Below, in pieces: positions 48,104 through 61,780 of a stretch of DNA of 64,000 nt. The position numbers and the translations under genes were made by a program. Source of the stretch: Podarcis vaucheri. Its lineage: Eukaryota. The stretch lies in NCBI GenBank assembly GCA_965113315.1, contig OZ220363.1. The stretch is one strand, 5' to 3'. The notes beneath the pieces were generated by a model, which searched no databases, was not told the DNA's origin, and saw nothing but the letters and a program-made list of their open reading frames with translations. Numbering within the stretch: the stretch's first letter is position 1; each line of letters opens with the position of its first letter.

Positions 48104-51100
48104 ATGCAGAATTTGTAGTCTAGATGATGTTGGACTGTCACTCCAGCATCCCTGACCAGTGGCCTTACTGGCTGCAGTTGGTGGCAGCTGCATTCCCACA
48201 GCATATGGAGAACTGCTGGTTCCCCATTCCCACCTCATTGTGCTTATGGTGTTGAACAGTTGCTGTATGAGTGGGGTGGGGGAGAAAGACAAGTGAAACG
48301 GGCCTCAAAGTATGTGCTGCCAATGGGAGAAAGAGCTGCAACTGGCCCTTCATTCCACCTTCCCTTCCAAGAATGACTCCATTAGGACATAATAATAAAC
48401 TATGGAAGCCTAGGCAGACCTTGGGCTTACACTCTTCTCCTCCCCATCTTCTCCTCCGAGATTGATAATTTCTGTCAGTGGCTAAAATATTTTAGGAATA
48501 TAGTCAATAAAGTCAGTTCACAGTAGAATCTGGGATCTTGCCAGACTGGAACATTAAACCCTCTTACATGCAGCTGCATAAATTCAGCCCAGGGTTTCCC
48601 TTTGCAAGGCAAACAGGAGTGTTAACATCTACTGGATTTGCTGCCGTTTTTATTTATCTAACAAATGGGAACAAGCTTTGGGAATTCTGCCTTGCATGTT
48701 ATGTAATGATGAGGGGGGTTTAGGATGGCTATGACGTCAACTGCCTGATCCTTATCTAATAAACTGATCATTAAATACAGTCCAACAATTAACTTTTGAG
48801 CTGGACACTAAGAGTAGCTTTGAAACCTTTTTAATTTAATTGCAACATCTGTCACAAGAACAGTCAGCTCTGTTCTTAATAATATGTGATTCATTTGCAT
48901 ATATTAACATTAGGATCATTGGCAATTCCCCCCTCTCCCCCTCCCACAGCATCACTTACTAATAAATGAACTTTGCTACTTTTTTTGTTTTAAACTTTTC
49001 TCCCTTTCTTTATCCTCCCCCCGACCCACACACACACCTTGGCCTTCCACGTTGTCACTGTAAATAGATTGCTGATGACCTGGCTGGAAGGTTGAATTTG
49101 CCTATGTCAAAGTGACCTGGCTTTTGAACAGCAGCAGGAGATAAAATAGGTGTATACTAAGGTTTTGGGGACTTTGGTCACCCTTTTGAAAAGAATGCAA
49201 AGTTATATTTCCGTCATAATCAGACCAAGGTTGATATTTGTGAATGACACCAGAAACTATTGCCAGCTTTAAAGCTAAGCAAAGAAAATTGCCCAGTGAC
49301 AGATAAAAGATTGATACAGAATTTACTTTGTGTTACTTCCCTGCACCTAAAATGCAGCCTGGAATTACATTGTCCGAATTGTAGCACTTCTATCTAAAAG
49401 CACAGGATTTTATAAACCACAGAAAAGACTGGTTGCCTTGGGGTGGGGAGTGGAGTGTGGTGTAAATAAATATAGGGACAGTACTGTATTTATTACTTAA
49501 CTTTTCTATCCCAGTATTCTGTACTAGGTGCAGAAGGAGGCCAACAACAAAATCTAAATTTAGAATATAATCAAGGCAGACATACCATAAATATAGCCAG
49601 AACAAAGAAAAGCATTAGCCAATTAAACTAAAACCAACAACTTAACCATTGTTACTCCAGCCGGCCAAAAGTGTACCTCAATTTACCTATTTTGGGAAGG
49701 CCTTCGGAGAAGGTGGAGACTGGTCTCCCCTAGAGAATGCAGCTGCTGAGAAACCTTTTCTCCAATGGAAAGCCTTGGCTCAGTGGTAGACAACGCACTT
49801 TACATGCAGAAGGTCCCGGGTTCAGTCCTTGGCATCTTCAGGTGAGGAAGATCTCTGTCTGAAACCCAGGAAAGGTGTGTGAGAAAGAGCTTCATGGTAG
49901 GAACAGTGCAGTCTGTGGCTGTTTGGCCCAGATGTGTCTAGTCTTCAAATGTTGGCTAAGGGAACAGGATCTAGATTCAAGGCTCTGCAAGACTATTTGC
50001 ATGTTCTTGGCCTTCTAAAGTCTAACATCCACAGTGTGTGAACTCCTCTTTGTCCAACTCCCCACGGCGTGTACCAGTTTTCACTGTGCTGAATCACATG
50101 CTGCAACTTAACCGTCCAAATGGTTCAGTGGGTATGATGACCAGTGTTTTCTATATTCCAAGAGCTAATAACTTTTTTGGTGTATGTACAAGGGAGGTTA
50201 CAGTTCACTTTTCCCTTGTGGGGTTTTGCTTCCTGCAACAGCACATTGATGAACCAATAAAGACTAAATTTAAAGTCGAAGTGTAGTCTTTGTAAACAAA
50301 GTATGGATTTATTAAAGCATTGTTCTGTTCTGTTGCTGGTGCTTGTCTGATGCTGATTTCTCTGTTTGCAAACAGAGAGACATTCCCAAATTATTATTGA
50401 CATCAGTGGAAATTGCACATTTGTTTAAAGTTTTGACAGTTTTATTGAAATTGTGAAAATCTTGGTTTGCTAGCAAAGAACAAAACCACCGATGGGATGT
50501 ACTTAACTATCTTAACGTTTCTACCAAACAGTATTTAATGGATCACTTCTTTACATGATTATTGCAGCTGCTTTATTCTGAGCATGCCACATAATATATA
50601 TTTCTTTTAAATTAATGCAACTGCAAAAGAGAGGGTTTGTCTTATTTATAAGATTATATCTGGATGCAATGAAATCCACACACATTCAGAAATTTCAGGC
50701 TACCTTGTGAACTCTGTGCATGCACAGAATTAACACCAGGTGTTGTGAGTTACGATTTCTTTAAACTCAATTCCAGTGCTCAAATGCTGGTCTGCAGCAA
50801 TAAAATGATGCACGTTTGGTGTGACTCTTCGTGGCTAATGAGCTTATTTGTGTCCTACTTTGTGGCGCAGAATGGAAACTGAGAATATACTTATTTCTCC
50901 CAATTTGTAGCTCACATTTCATCACACCACTGTGATGCCAGGACTATTGCCCAGACCTAATGACATTTTAATATGAGAGGCTGTGATCCAGGGGAGGGCA
51001 GACTTCTACTTTGTGTTTTACTAGAACCCCAAGCTCCTCCAGCTAGAACCAGGTACAAAACTTAGAATAGTTTTGTACAGGGATATGTTCTGTGTACCAT

Positions 51101-51411
51101 AACTAAGGTTAGTTTACTGTCCTTCCACATGCAAACCTAGTTACTGAAGCTTTTTTCATTTCATCTGTCTAATTAATTTAGGGGAGGGAGAGTCATTTCT
51201 ATTTTTAAGCAGTTTGGAGTTGAAAATCCTTTCTGATCTACTGCAGATCACCCAGAGACCTGCCAGCACATCTGATCTACCTCCTTCTCATTCTTGGTCT
51301 ACTTCATGCATCCAACCAAAGCAGTCTGTTGCATATGAAAGCTTGCACTAACTAGTGCTTTGTATCTTTCTGTATGAGTATACACAGAGGTGCCCAATGA
51401 AATACTTAAAG

Positions 51412-51668
51412 CAGGGGTCAGCAACCTTTTTCAGCCATGCGCCGGTCCACCGTCCCTCAGACCATGTGGTGGGCCGGACTATATTTTGAAAAAATAAATA
51501 AAAAATGATCAAATTCCTATGTCCCACAAATTACCCAGAGATGCATTTTAAATAAAGGCACACATTCTACTCATGTAAAAACACACTGATTCCCAGACCA
51601 TCTGTGGGCTGGATTGAGAAGGCGATTGGGCTACATCCGGCCCATGGCCCTTAGGTTGCCTACCCCTG
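51412..51668 (+). mobile_element. hAT MITE, complete
   Basis: CAGGGGTCAGCAACCT...AGGTTGCCTACCCCTG; perfect TSD ACTTAAAG. Confidence 0.9.
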
Positions 51669-52529
51669 ACTTAAAGTAATGCCCCGAGTTCAGAGTTCGG
51701 CTTTGATTACAGCAGGAAACATCTGCTATACAAAGAAGCAAATTTGTCGACCAGTCAATATATGTCTCGAGGTGTTTTGTGCAACATAATATAAAAACAG
51801 CCAAGCATCTTTTGTGCTGGATTTTTCTCTTAATGTAATTTCCTTCAGTAAGAGAATAGAGAGCATGTTCTTGGGATCATTTTGCTTGGCAGCACACAGA
51901 GAAGAAGAGAAGGGCTTTTTTATTACTTCTCAGCTCCTTTGCACAAAGAAATATTGTTCTGCTTTTTATTTTTTAAAAAAGCTTAGTTACAAATGCCTCC
52001 TGTCACAAGTCATAAGCATTCTGCTGTTTTGATATGGGCTGTAGTTGATACTGCAGCTTTATGAAATTATAGTACCAGACTCAATGAGCAAAAACGCCGA
52101 TCACTATAGGGCTTGTGCTTTTCTTTGTTTTTTTATTAGTTTACAGTTGTTTTCTTTGTGACATGATTTTTTAAAAAATGTCTTAGCACTATTGGGCGCT
52201 ATGGCTACAAATTACCATACATTAAAATATCTCTCCCACACCAATGGATTGGCTTTTAGTAAAGCAAACATTTGATATCATGCCTCAGGAAAGAACATAT
52301 TTTATCATGCAAGATGTGCTATAAACCTAAAGAAAACTCTCTTAATTACAAAACTGTAGCTGCCATGCTGCTGTTCACATTGCTTCACCATTTCTATTAT
52401 AAAACTACTGTGTCCATTACTTAATGCCCTCAAATTTTTGTTTTTGCTGTCATGGTTTTAAATTCAATTTGAGAATGCCATCTATTAATACAAGCACATC
52501 TCTATATGTTTGATTGAAGGTTTGAGTGT

Positions 52530-52890
52530 TGTTGTTGTTTACATTTATATACCACTCTTCAGGATGGTTCACAAGAAAAAAACACAAAATAAATAGTTAA
52601 AAACAAAAGACAATAAAACAAAAACACCTCCCACATTTAAAAGGCCACAGAATATTAATCAGCCACTGGCCTGGTTGAAGAGGAGCATTTTTCAAATGGT
52701 GCCTAAAGATGTATCATGAAGGCAGCAGACAAACCTCCCTGGAAAGAGCGTTCCACGGACAGGGGGCCACTGCAGAAAAGGCCTGTTCTAGGGTTGCCAT
52801 ACTCCAGACCTCTTGTGGCATGAAGAAGGGCCTCAAAAGATGATCTCAGGGTCTGGGTTGGTTTATATGGGGAGAGGTGGTCCTTGAGGA
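52530..52890 (-). mobile_element. L2 LINE 3' fragment
   Basis: Minus strand LKDHLSPYKPTQTLRSS...AFSAVAPCLWNAL, typical of the L2 ORF2 C-terminus, then an AT-rich tail. Confidence 0.75.
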
Positions 52891-55800
52891 GAACTGTCAG
52901 TACAGTGGACCATAAGTGTAGGTCACACATCCTTCCTAAGGGTTCTTTATCCCCTCCTCCCTTTGTTGTTGTTTTTCTAATTGATATGGGCTTGATGTCC
53001 TTGGATAACCTGCTTTGGCATCCCACTGGACCAACCTTGGCTAAGGAGTCCTGGCCCTTCTCACTGCGCTTGGCAGAACCGTCCTGATGTCACTGAAAGA
53101 CTATAGGTACCCCTTGACCTAGGTAGCTTGTGTGCCAAGAAGCTAACAAGGTAATTTATAACACAAACTCTGAAAGTGGTGAACTTCCTGTATAATCTAC
53201 GGCAGTCTCTTGGGGCTTCCAGATGAAACTCTTCTGCACAGATTGAGAATACGTTGTAAAAAACCACGCTTTTTCTGTAGCATTGTGGGGGTGTGCAGTT
53301 CAAAAGGGGGGAGAGCGAAAATTGTTACTGGACCCTTGTAACGCCTCATGTCTGCCTAAAACTGATTCACAGCCTCAAATCTAGGCCTGTATATAGTTCA
53401 TTTTCCATTACAGTCAAAAGAATCAGAATAAATGGCTGATGTGTGCGTGATTTGATGGATAGATTCTGATCAGTGGGTCGACAAGGTTTCCCCACCCTTT
53501 CAACTGCTAGATCCAAGATACTGTGCAGGGTCTTTTGTTATATGTGTTCTGACAGCAATATGGTTCTTATAGATATAATTGTCTAATAGAACATGAAGAG
53601 AGCTGTGGTGTTCATATTGGAGGGGGTGGGGTGAATCCAATTTTGCTCCTGATTGGATGGACAAAGCAGTTGTTAAAATTTGTGTGAGGGGCATCCTCTT
53701 GGATTATGTTGGTCAGGGTAGCCAATGAACACCCATCCCCCTTCCCCGAATATTGCTGAACTACAGCTCCCATCATCCCTTATTATTGGCTGTGCTAGCT
53801 TGGGCTGATGGTTGTTGAAGTCCCACAACATCTGGCGGGCAACACATTGGAGATACCTACTACAGATCTTCTCAGAAAGCAGATGGCGTAAAAGCAAAAG
53901 CTTGTGTCACAACAGCTTACACTTAAATTCTGGTAATTAGATCATGAAAGAGAACTACGGAATAGTTGTTCGTAGGTTGTGGGAAGGTGCTCAGGTTATC
54001 ACAAGCTTAGTTGAAACACATCTCTCCAGTAGAGAGATTTAGAAAAAAGCAGATAGCAGTTGAAATGCAGTGTTTTGCTCTGAGATTAGGCGAGGAATTC
54101 TGATTACCCCTAGGCAATTTTTCAGTAGACAAAAATGGATTCTCCCCCAGTTGTTGAACGGCTGTTTACAACTAGGAAAGCTAAGTGAATGTTTTATGAG
54201 CAAAGCCTTATGGGGCAGCTGCTGTTTGGAAAGGAAGGCAAAAATTACATTTTTTTTTTTTTTTTTGCAAAGCACTCGCCTTGAAGTGATTAAAGGACAT
54301 TTTGGGGTCCACAGATAAAATGTTGATCGTAAATAAAGCCACCACCGATTGCACACAAATAGCAGCATTTTACTCTAAGCCTATGTATGGGTCTCCTTCA
54401 AATTAGGTGGCTTTCTAAACGTGCCGTGTGGCATTTCCTGTTCAGCCTCTGTTTTACATGATATAGTGCTTGTGGTATGCGAAATGTTACTGGTTGCCAT
54501 AGCAACAGATAGCTGGCCTGCACTGAGGAAGGAAATGCTACCGTCAAGATGTCTTGAACTGGGAAACGGCTGAAACTGTAGCAAAGGTATCATATTATTG
54601 GCCTGTATTACACACTTTGGAGACTCTCCCCAACACATCTAGGGTGTTCATTCTAATGTCTGAATCTGGCAAGTGGTACATTAAATGTTCGTTTTTTATT
54701 ATTTTAGAGGACTGCAAGGCTTCCATGCTTCACTTCTCTGCTTTGACTTGAAAAACAAAGCTGAATTGTCAATAGGCGACATTCCTGGCATTTTCCTATT
54801 ATGTATTATTTCCTATTATTCATATATAAGAGAGAGTTGCCATGTCTTTGCAGTACACATATAATACATTTGGTCTCTTATTCCCAATAATTAATTTGCA
54901 GTAGGTCACTCTCAAGGTTAAAATCATTATTCTATTGAAGCATCCTTAATGGGCTAGGTAAGTTGTCCCTGGCTTGATTTCAGAGAGTTCAAGATACTTT
55001 TTCGTATGCAGGGAAAATTCTCTTCCACATTTTGGAGGTGCTTTGCCTCTGTATGCCAGTTGCTGCAGGGGCACAAGCAGGGAGAACCCAACAGCCCTGC
55101 TTAACCATAGTTTATTAGGCTGCCATGGCCAGGTGCTCACCAAGCTAACAAAGGCACAAGCAGATAGAAAATAATCCAAACTTTGGAGAAACAAGCTGTG
55201 GTTTGTTGGTTGGTTGGTTTGCTTATTGGTGAGATGACTTTTAATTCGTTGAACAAACCAGGGTTAAAACAAACCATGGCTTAATCAGGACCATCCATGC
55301 AGTGTCCATGGGAGCACTGGCAGAGACCTTTCCTGGCAGCCATAGGGCCCCCCCCATCCCTAAAAAAATTAGACTTAAAGGAAATATTCATCTGTAGTTA
55401 ATACAATAGATTACACTGTATTCTGGGTTGATTTGTGTAGTGGTGCCCATAAGAGTTCCTCCAGCACACAGATGGAGCAATGGCCAAAGAAGGTTGGCAT
55501 TGCCTATGTCCAGATGCATCCACTGTGTGCTATGGATTATACTGTGAAAACAGTGAAGCTAAAATATTAATTTTAAGAAAGTGCTACAATGCTATTCTTA
55601 CTGTGTGGTTTATTATATACATGTTGTCTCTGTGTTGGATTTGGTTTGTGGCATATGCTTGTTTTTAGTTTTGCCAGCACCCATTTTCTTAAAATATTTG
55701 AAAATAGCACATATAGAAATATGGCTGTACTGCTTTAGTATTCAGTCAACTATGCACAATGTTCCGTCAGCTATGAGGCCAACAAGGGTTGTATTATTAT

Positions 55801-57239
55801 TATTATTTTAATGGCATTAGTATTCCAAGCAGCAAAATCCCTGGTTGGAGAAATGTCAAAATGATGATTGCTCATTAGCAAATAGAATACAGATGTTATG
55901 TTCATTTTGCCCAACTGCTTCACATAAACACCTTCAGGAAGTGACTGGTAGAAGATGGAAAATATGATCATCTAATAGAGCACCAAACATGTCTGTACTG
56001 GTAAGTGAAAGTTTACCAGGCAGTAGTATCGTAAGCCTGGTGGGCTTTAGAATGCAGTTGGAACAAATTGTGTGCCACATCCCAAAGCTGTTGCTTGTCT
56101 AGAGAGGTTTTTTAAAGGGTACTTCCTTGCTTTGATTTTATATTAACTTTCTGCCAAAATTGTATATTGGATATGTCTAGATGCATGTTTCCCCCTAAAA
56201 ATAGGTTGGGTATTTGTTAATCGAATACTGGATGGTACCCAACTAAATACTTCCATTAGCGCTTTCATCTGTGCCATGGAACTCTCATTTCCCTTTGCCC
56301 GCCCCCATGCCCCATAATCTGTTCTTGGGTGGGGGGAGGTAACCCTCCAGAGCAGATTTATGGGGGCCACAAAGAAAGGTGAGGGCAAGGAATTTCTATT
56401 GCACAGCAAAATGTATTTGCAGAACTGTTAAGTTGGCTACTGCCCTCTGGGTTTAAAGAACTTAAAGCATAGATTTCGGGAGACCAGGGAGATGCTTAAA
56501 AATTTTGATGGAGTCATCAAACTGCTACGTGCATATATGTGAAGGGATAATCTCAAAACAGGGTGGCCATTTATGCCATATTTTGTGTAAACCCACTGTT
56601 TAAACACAATAATTCTGATCATGATCCCACGTAGATTTGTAGGCTTGTTTCAATACCACAAAATATGCACTTACATCTCAGTTGTGTACAGTTAGGCTTA
56701 GTTACCCTATATCTTGGTTATCATCTAACTAATTCTGCATATGTGTCCCATTAGTGCAGCAGCTATATAATACTGTGTAAAAAAAACCAAACCCCATACA
56801 CTGTTCTCCCCCCATATTTTTCCTTACCGCCCCTTCCTCTGTTGACCCCCCCCTGTGCCAAATTTTATGTAATAAATTTCTTGGATCAGGGACCTGTCCT
56901 CTTTTAACTTTGTAGGGCGCACTGAAACATCAAGGGGCACTTTTCATCTCACATGATTTTAAACATTTTTATGGGTTTTGCTGAAAATTTGTGCCATAAT
57001 AGCTGACATATTCAAAGCAATTCCCCATTTTTTCTGGGGTACTCTCCTTCCTACCCTAGAGATTACCTTGTGAAGCTGAAAACATTACCTCTCTGCTCCC
57101 CCTGTCCCAAAATACATAGTAGCTATTGAAGGGCTTAGAGCACACACAGGGTTTGATTCACACTTGATGGGCTGCCTGTTCAATGAACTGCTGTTGAAAA
57201 AGTATTGTGTTTGAGTTGACACTGTGTAATATGAAAGTT

Positions 57240-57709
57240 GCCAACAAAGGTCTGAATAGTTAAAGCCATGGTTTTCCCAGTAGTGATATATGGAAGTAAG
57301 AGCTGGACCATAAAGAAGGCTGATCGCCGAAGAATTGATGCTTTTGAATTATGGTGCTGGAGGAGACTCTTGAGAGTCCCATGGACTGCAAGAAGATCAA
57401 ACGTATCCATTCTTCAGGAAATCAGCCCTGAGTGCTCACTGGAAGGACAGATCCTGAAGCTGAGGCTCCAATACTTTGGCCACCTCATGAGAAGAGAAGA
57501 CTCCCTGGAAAAGACCCTAATGTTGGGAAAGATTGAGGGCACAAGGAGAAGGGGACGGCAGAGGACGAGATGGTTGGACGGTGTCCTCGAAGCTACAAAC
57601 ATGAGTCTGACCAAACTGCAGGAGGCAGTGGAAGATAGGAGTGCCTGGCGTGCTCTGGTCCATGGGGTCATGAAGAGTCGGACACGACTAAACAACTAAA
57701 CAACAACAA
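57240..57709 (+). mobile_element. BovB (RTE clade) LINE 3' fragment
   Basis: ORF 57268-57699 matches the BovB C-terminus; (CAA)n tail; 12-bp TSD AATATGAAAGTT. Confidence 0.95.
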
Positions 57710-59940
57710 AATATGAAAGTTATGTTTCTGGTGATCCGTGGTGTGTCATTTGTGCACTGAAGGTGTTTTTTGTTGCTGCTGTCGATGGATGGTCATACGT
57801 TTGTGAGCCAGCCCTTAGACCGGTGCTGAAAATTTTGACCAGCTAGATCAACACAAACTACTTGAAGAGCATCTTTCTTTTCACAGCCATGATTTGGAAT
57901 GTACACACCAGGAACCTCTTAGTCAAAGGAGCTGTTTGCTCTCTCTTTTGCCTTGCTGCAAGTGACACACAGGCAGAGTCCCAATTTGGAGTCTGTTAAA
58001 TGAACTCAAGTCACTTATTTTCTGTTTAGTTGTTGTGGCAGCAGGACCAGTGGATGTAAAAAATTTAGCCAAACAAAAGACCCAAGCCCTGCCTTGTTCA
58101 TGCTGCTCAGAAATAGTGCTTGAGGTTGCAGAATAATGGCCTTTGGAATAAAAGCTTCTGGGTGACCGGTCTTTCTGCATAGTTTCGTAGAAATAATGAG
58201 CCTTTCATTGCTGTTTAAGCCATGAACAAACTTGCAGCCTAAATAACAATAAAAGGAATAAAGGTGCTTTAACAGGATAAATTACAATCCCCCCCCCCTG
58301 AAAACCACAAAATGGTTACAGTAGGAGGCAGCTGTGGCTGTGTTGTGTTGGATGTCTTTAGGGCCCATGATTATTTTGAAAAAATGCACTAAAAGAAAGA
58401 AGACTGCATAAATATTTCCAAGGTACATCTGCCCGTGATGTTTATTTTATTATATTTATGTCCCACCTTTCTTAAATCATGTAACTCAAGGCAGCATTCA
58501 TAGGCCATATTTGTATGTAACACTAAACCATTGTTTAGTGCTACGGACATGAGCTGGCACAAACTCAAGAAAAGCATTCACTTTCAGTTTTCCAACAAAT
58601 TTCAATTTGTTGAGTGGAAATTGGGGGTTGTACTTTATCACAAATTCTGGTAAGTTCAGCAAGAACCCATGCATGGTTTGAAGTTGGCTTCGCTTTTGAA
58701 AATGGCATCCCCATCAAATTCTCCCCTAAATTTCCGCTGTAATATCAAGGAACCGTGGCAAACAGTCAATTTCCTCCCCACCAGCACCCAGTTATATGGA
58801 GCAGGGATGGGGAAGTATCCCTGCAAGCTGTCCTTAATGTCACAAGGGAGATGTGAATGTCATCTCCAGCCTCATCTTATACACTTATTGCCAGAGCTTG
58901 GTCAAATACTTGCTGGATCCAGGTAATTGTCAGTCATGCTTCTGAAACCTTTAAATTGTTCTTGCTTTGAGCCTTGATAAATGGGAGAGAGGGAGAGAGC
59001 GCTTTGCTAATATTTGAGAAATAATTTCAAATGCTGCTGGGCTGGGCTTTGTTGTAGTAGTAGTAGTTGTAAAAAATAATAATAATGAGGTACCAGTACT
59101 CATATGTACTAATTAAGTGCTGTGCATGCCAGCACAAAATGACTGTGATGGACAGCAAGAAAAGAAAAGAGGGGTGATGGTATTCCTCAGCAGTGTGTAC
59201 ACAAAAAAGCCCTGATTATAAACCTGGCCACTGCAACCCAACTGCTAGATGTGAGTGAATCACTATAGTGTCTTAATATCTGTAATACTTCTATATTTGA
59301 GCTAAATAATGTCATGGATGAACTGAGACCAGCCAAAGCAAAGAGATGACAGTAGAATGAAGATGTTGGTAGGCTTTTACCCCTTTAAGCTCTTGCATAA
59401 AGTAAGGAAGAAAAGGGCCTCTGGCAGTTCAGTGAGAGACATTATTTCCAAAGAGCACTTAGTGCTGCCTAGCAAAATATGCTGGGGTTTTCTTTTCTTT
59501 TCTTTTTCTGTTGTGCTTATAGATTAGAGAGAATAGAAGGAGGTGGGAAAGAATTGCTAGGTCATTTCCATTGGTAGTCAGATGACAGAGGGATGGGTGG
59601 GCAACACAGGAGAGGACTATTTTATATGTTTCTCTCTCTATATATATGAGATAAATGAGAAGAAAGGATTTAGGACGCTGACCTTGTGTTCAATGTGATG
59701 TCTGGAAAGGGAAGTCTGCATATGAAAGTTCCTCCTCCAGGTGTTATGCTGAACATACAGGTGTTGAGGGCAGCATTTAATATACAGATGGGAACAAGCA
59801 TCTGAATGGGCTCTTGCATGGCCGGATGGTGTGACCTAAGGTTCGTTCTCCAAAGGTCTCAGATTTTCACTGTCATGAAAATGTGAAAAGGAAACCAATG
59901 TGTAACCAACACAGTTGCCTTAACAGATCTTCCCCAACCA

Positions 59941-60065
59941 CATACAGAATCACAGACTCGTAGAGTTGGAAGCATGAGGGTCGCCTAGTCCATCCCCCTG
60001 CAATGCAGGAATATTTCACCCAATATGGGGCTCGAACCCACGGCCGTAAGAGTCTCGTGCTCTAC
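59941..60065 (-). mobile_element. tRNA-Lys-derived SINE with CR1 tail
   Basis: Minus strand gtagagcacgagactctta...cgtgggttcgagccccatattgggtg plus CR1 3' end; same family as 22888. Confidence 0.75.
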
Positions 60066-60197
60066 ACCTCCCTTTACCCTTAGCCAGCATGGCCATTTGT
60101 TGGGAATGATGGGAACGACAGCCCAAAACATCTGGAGCACGCTTGGTGGGGAAAATCTCTCCTGAAGTATGCTGAAGCTTCTGGAGGACCTCTTGTG

Positions 60198-60925
60198 AAA
60201 GGAAAATGAGAGGCACAAATACAAGATGGGTGACACCTGGCTTGAGAGCAGTACATGTGAAAAGGATCTAGGAGTCTTGGTTGACCACAAACTTGACATG
60301 AGCCAACAGTGTGACGCGGCAGCTAAAAAAGCCAATGCAATTCTGGGCTGCATCAATAGGAGTATAGCATCTAGATCAAGGGAAGTAATAGTGCCACTGT
60401 ATTCTGCTCTGGTCAGACCTCACCTGGAGTACTGTGTCCAGTTCTGGGCACCACAGTTCAAGAAGGACACTGACAAACTGGAACGTGTCCAGAGGAGGGC
60501 AACCAAAATGGTCAAAGGCCTGGAAACGATGCCTTATGAGGAACGGCTAAGGGAGCTGGGCATGTTTAGCCTGGAGAAGAGGAGGTTAAGGGGTGATATG
60601 ATAGCCATGTTCAAATATATAAAAGGATGTCACATAGAGGAGGGAGAAAGGTTGTTTTCTGCTGCTCCAGAGAAGCGGACACGGAGCAATGGATCCAAAC
60701 TACAAGAAAGAAGATTCCACCTAAACATTAGGAAGAACTTCCTGACAGTAAGAGCTGTTCGACAGTGGAATTTGCTGCCAAGGAGTGTGGTGGAGTCTCC
60801 TACTTTGGAGGTCTTTAAGCAGAGGCTTGACAACCATATGTCAGGAGTGCTCTGATGGTGTTTCCTGCTTGGCAGGGGGTTGGACTCGATGGCCCTTGTG
60901 GTCTCTTCCAACTCTATGATTCTAT
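60198..60925 (+). mobile_element. 5'-truncated CR1 LINE with uninterrupted ORF2 C-terminus
   Basis: 209-aa open frame ...[12 protein letters not shown]...[19 protein letters not shown]...WNLLP..., a CR1 hallmark; CR1 3' UTR and tail. Confidence 0.96.
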
Positions 60926-60929
60926 ATCC

Positions 60930-61290
60930 TTGTCACAACCATCCATGCCGTGGTAACCCCACACCTGGGCTACTGCAATGCACTCTATTTGAGGGTGCCC
61001 TTCAATTCAGAAGCTGCAGCTGGTGCAGAATGCTGCTGTCTGGTTATTGAACGGCACACCGTTTGAGTCATATTACACCTATTCTTAGTGATCTGCTGTG
61101 ACTGCTTATTTGTTTCTGTGCCCAGTTTAAGGTATTGCAATTGACTTAAAAAAAAATTAAATGGCTCAGGGCCCCAATACTTGACAGCATGTGCCAGCCC
61201 GGCCCTTGTGATCATCCTTTCTAGGATGCTTCTGCCAGGTGAAGCCTTCTCAGCTGTGCTGCCCTCCCTGCTCTTGAAGTCCATCTGAAA
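60930..61290 (+). mobile_element. decayed L2 ORF2 fragment
   Basis: YCNALY..QKLQLVQNAA..HITPIL..QFKVL..LNGSGPQYL residual motifs. Confidence 0.7.
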
Positions 61291-61780
61291 ACATATTTAC
61301 TCCGTTTTCGTTTGACTCCGACCTTCAAGATTTATTGAGATAGTTACTAGTTAGGCTCAGGAAAATTTGGTTTGTGAACAGTGTGGGATCATTTACTTGC
61401 TGCTGTTTTTAAGGCGGAAGATGACTTTCTAATTTTAATTTCCTCTGTTAATGCATTTGCCAGTGTTGACATGTCAAGTGCTTTGTTAGTTTTGAATTAA
61501 GAGCAGTTCATAAATGAAGGTAAACAAACAAACACCCGTACTCTTACTGCATGGTAGCCAATAGCTCATCAACCTATTACTTTACTCAGTCTGCCACAGC
61601 TTCTAACCCCAAGCCTTCCAGGCAGCTGACCAAAATTCCTGAGCGAAGCAGAACTAAGAATATTTCCCCTTGGAAAGCAAAGAAGTCAATGGTTACTTGG
61701 GATACCCAGGGACTTGCATTGGTATTTGCCAAAGCTTCCTGTCATAGACTTGCAGACTGCAACTCTGCCCAACCAGCAGG

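Noticed and set aside
51305-51350. Possible third hammerhead/Penelope relic (…tgaaagcttg)
   Set aside because: The CUGANGA box is absent and stem II does not pair; at best a dead remnant.
59729-59790. Reads VPPPGVMLNIQVLR, reminiscent of the downstream FOXN3 exon (PPGVIQNGARVLSR)
   Set aside because: No polypyrimidine tract, and identity is far too low given the near-identity of the two real exons. The true next exons were not found and probably lie beyond the window.
60226-60855. 209-aa ORF as a cellular gene
   Set aside because: C-terminal part of CR1 ORF2 in a 5'-truncated copy lacking the endonuclease and most of the RT.
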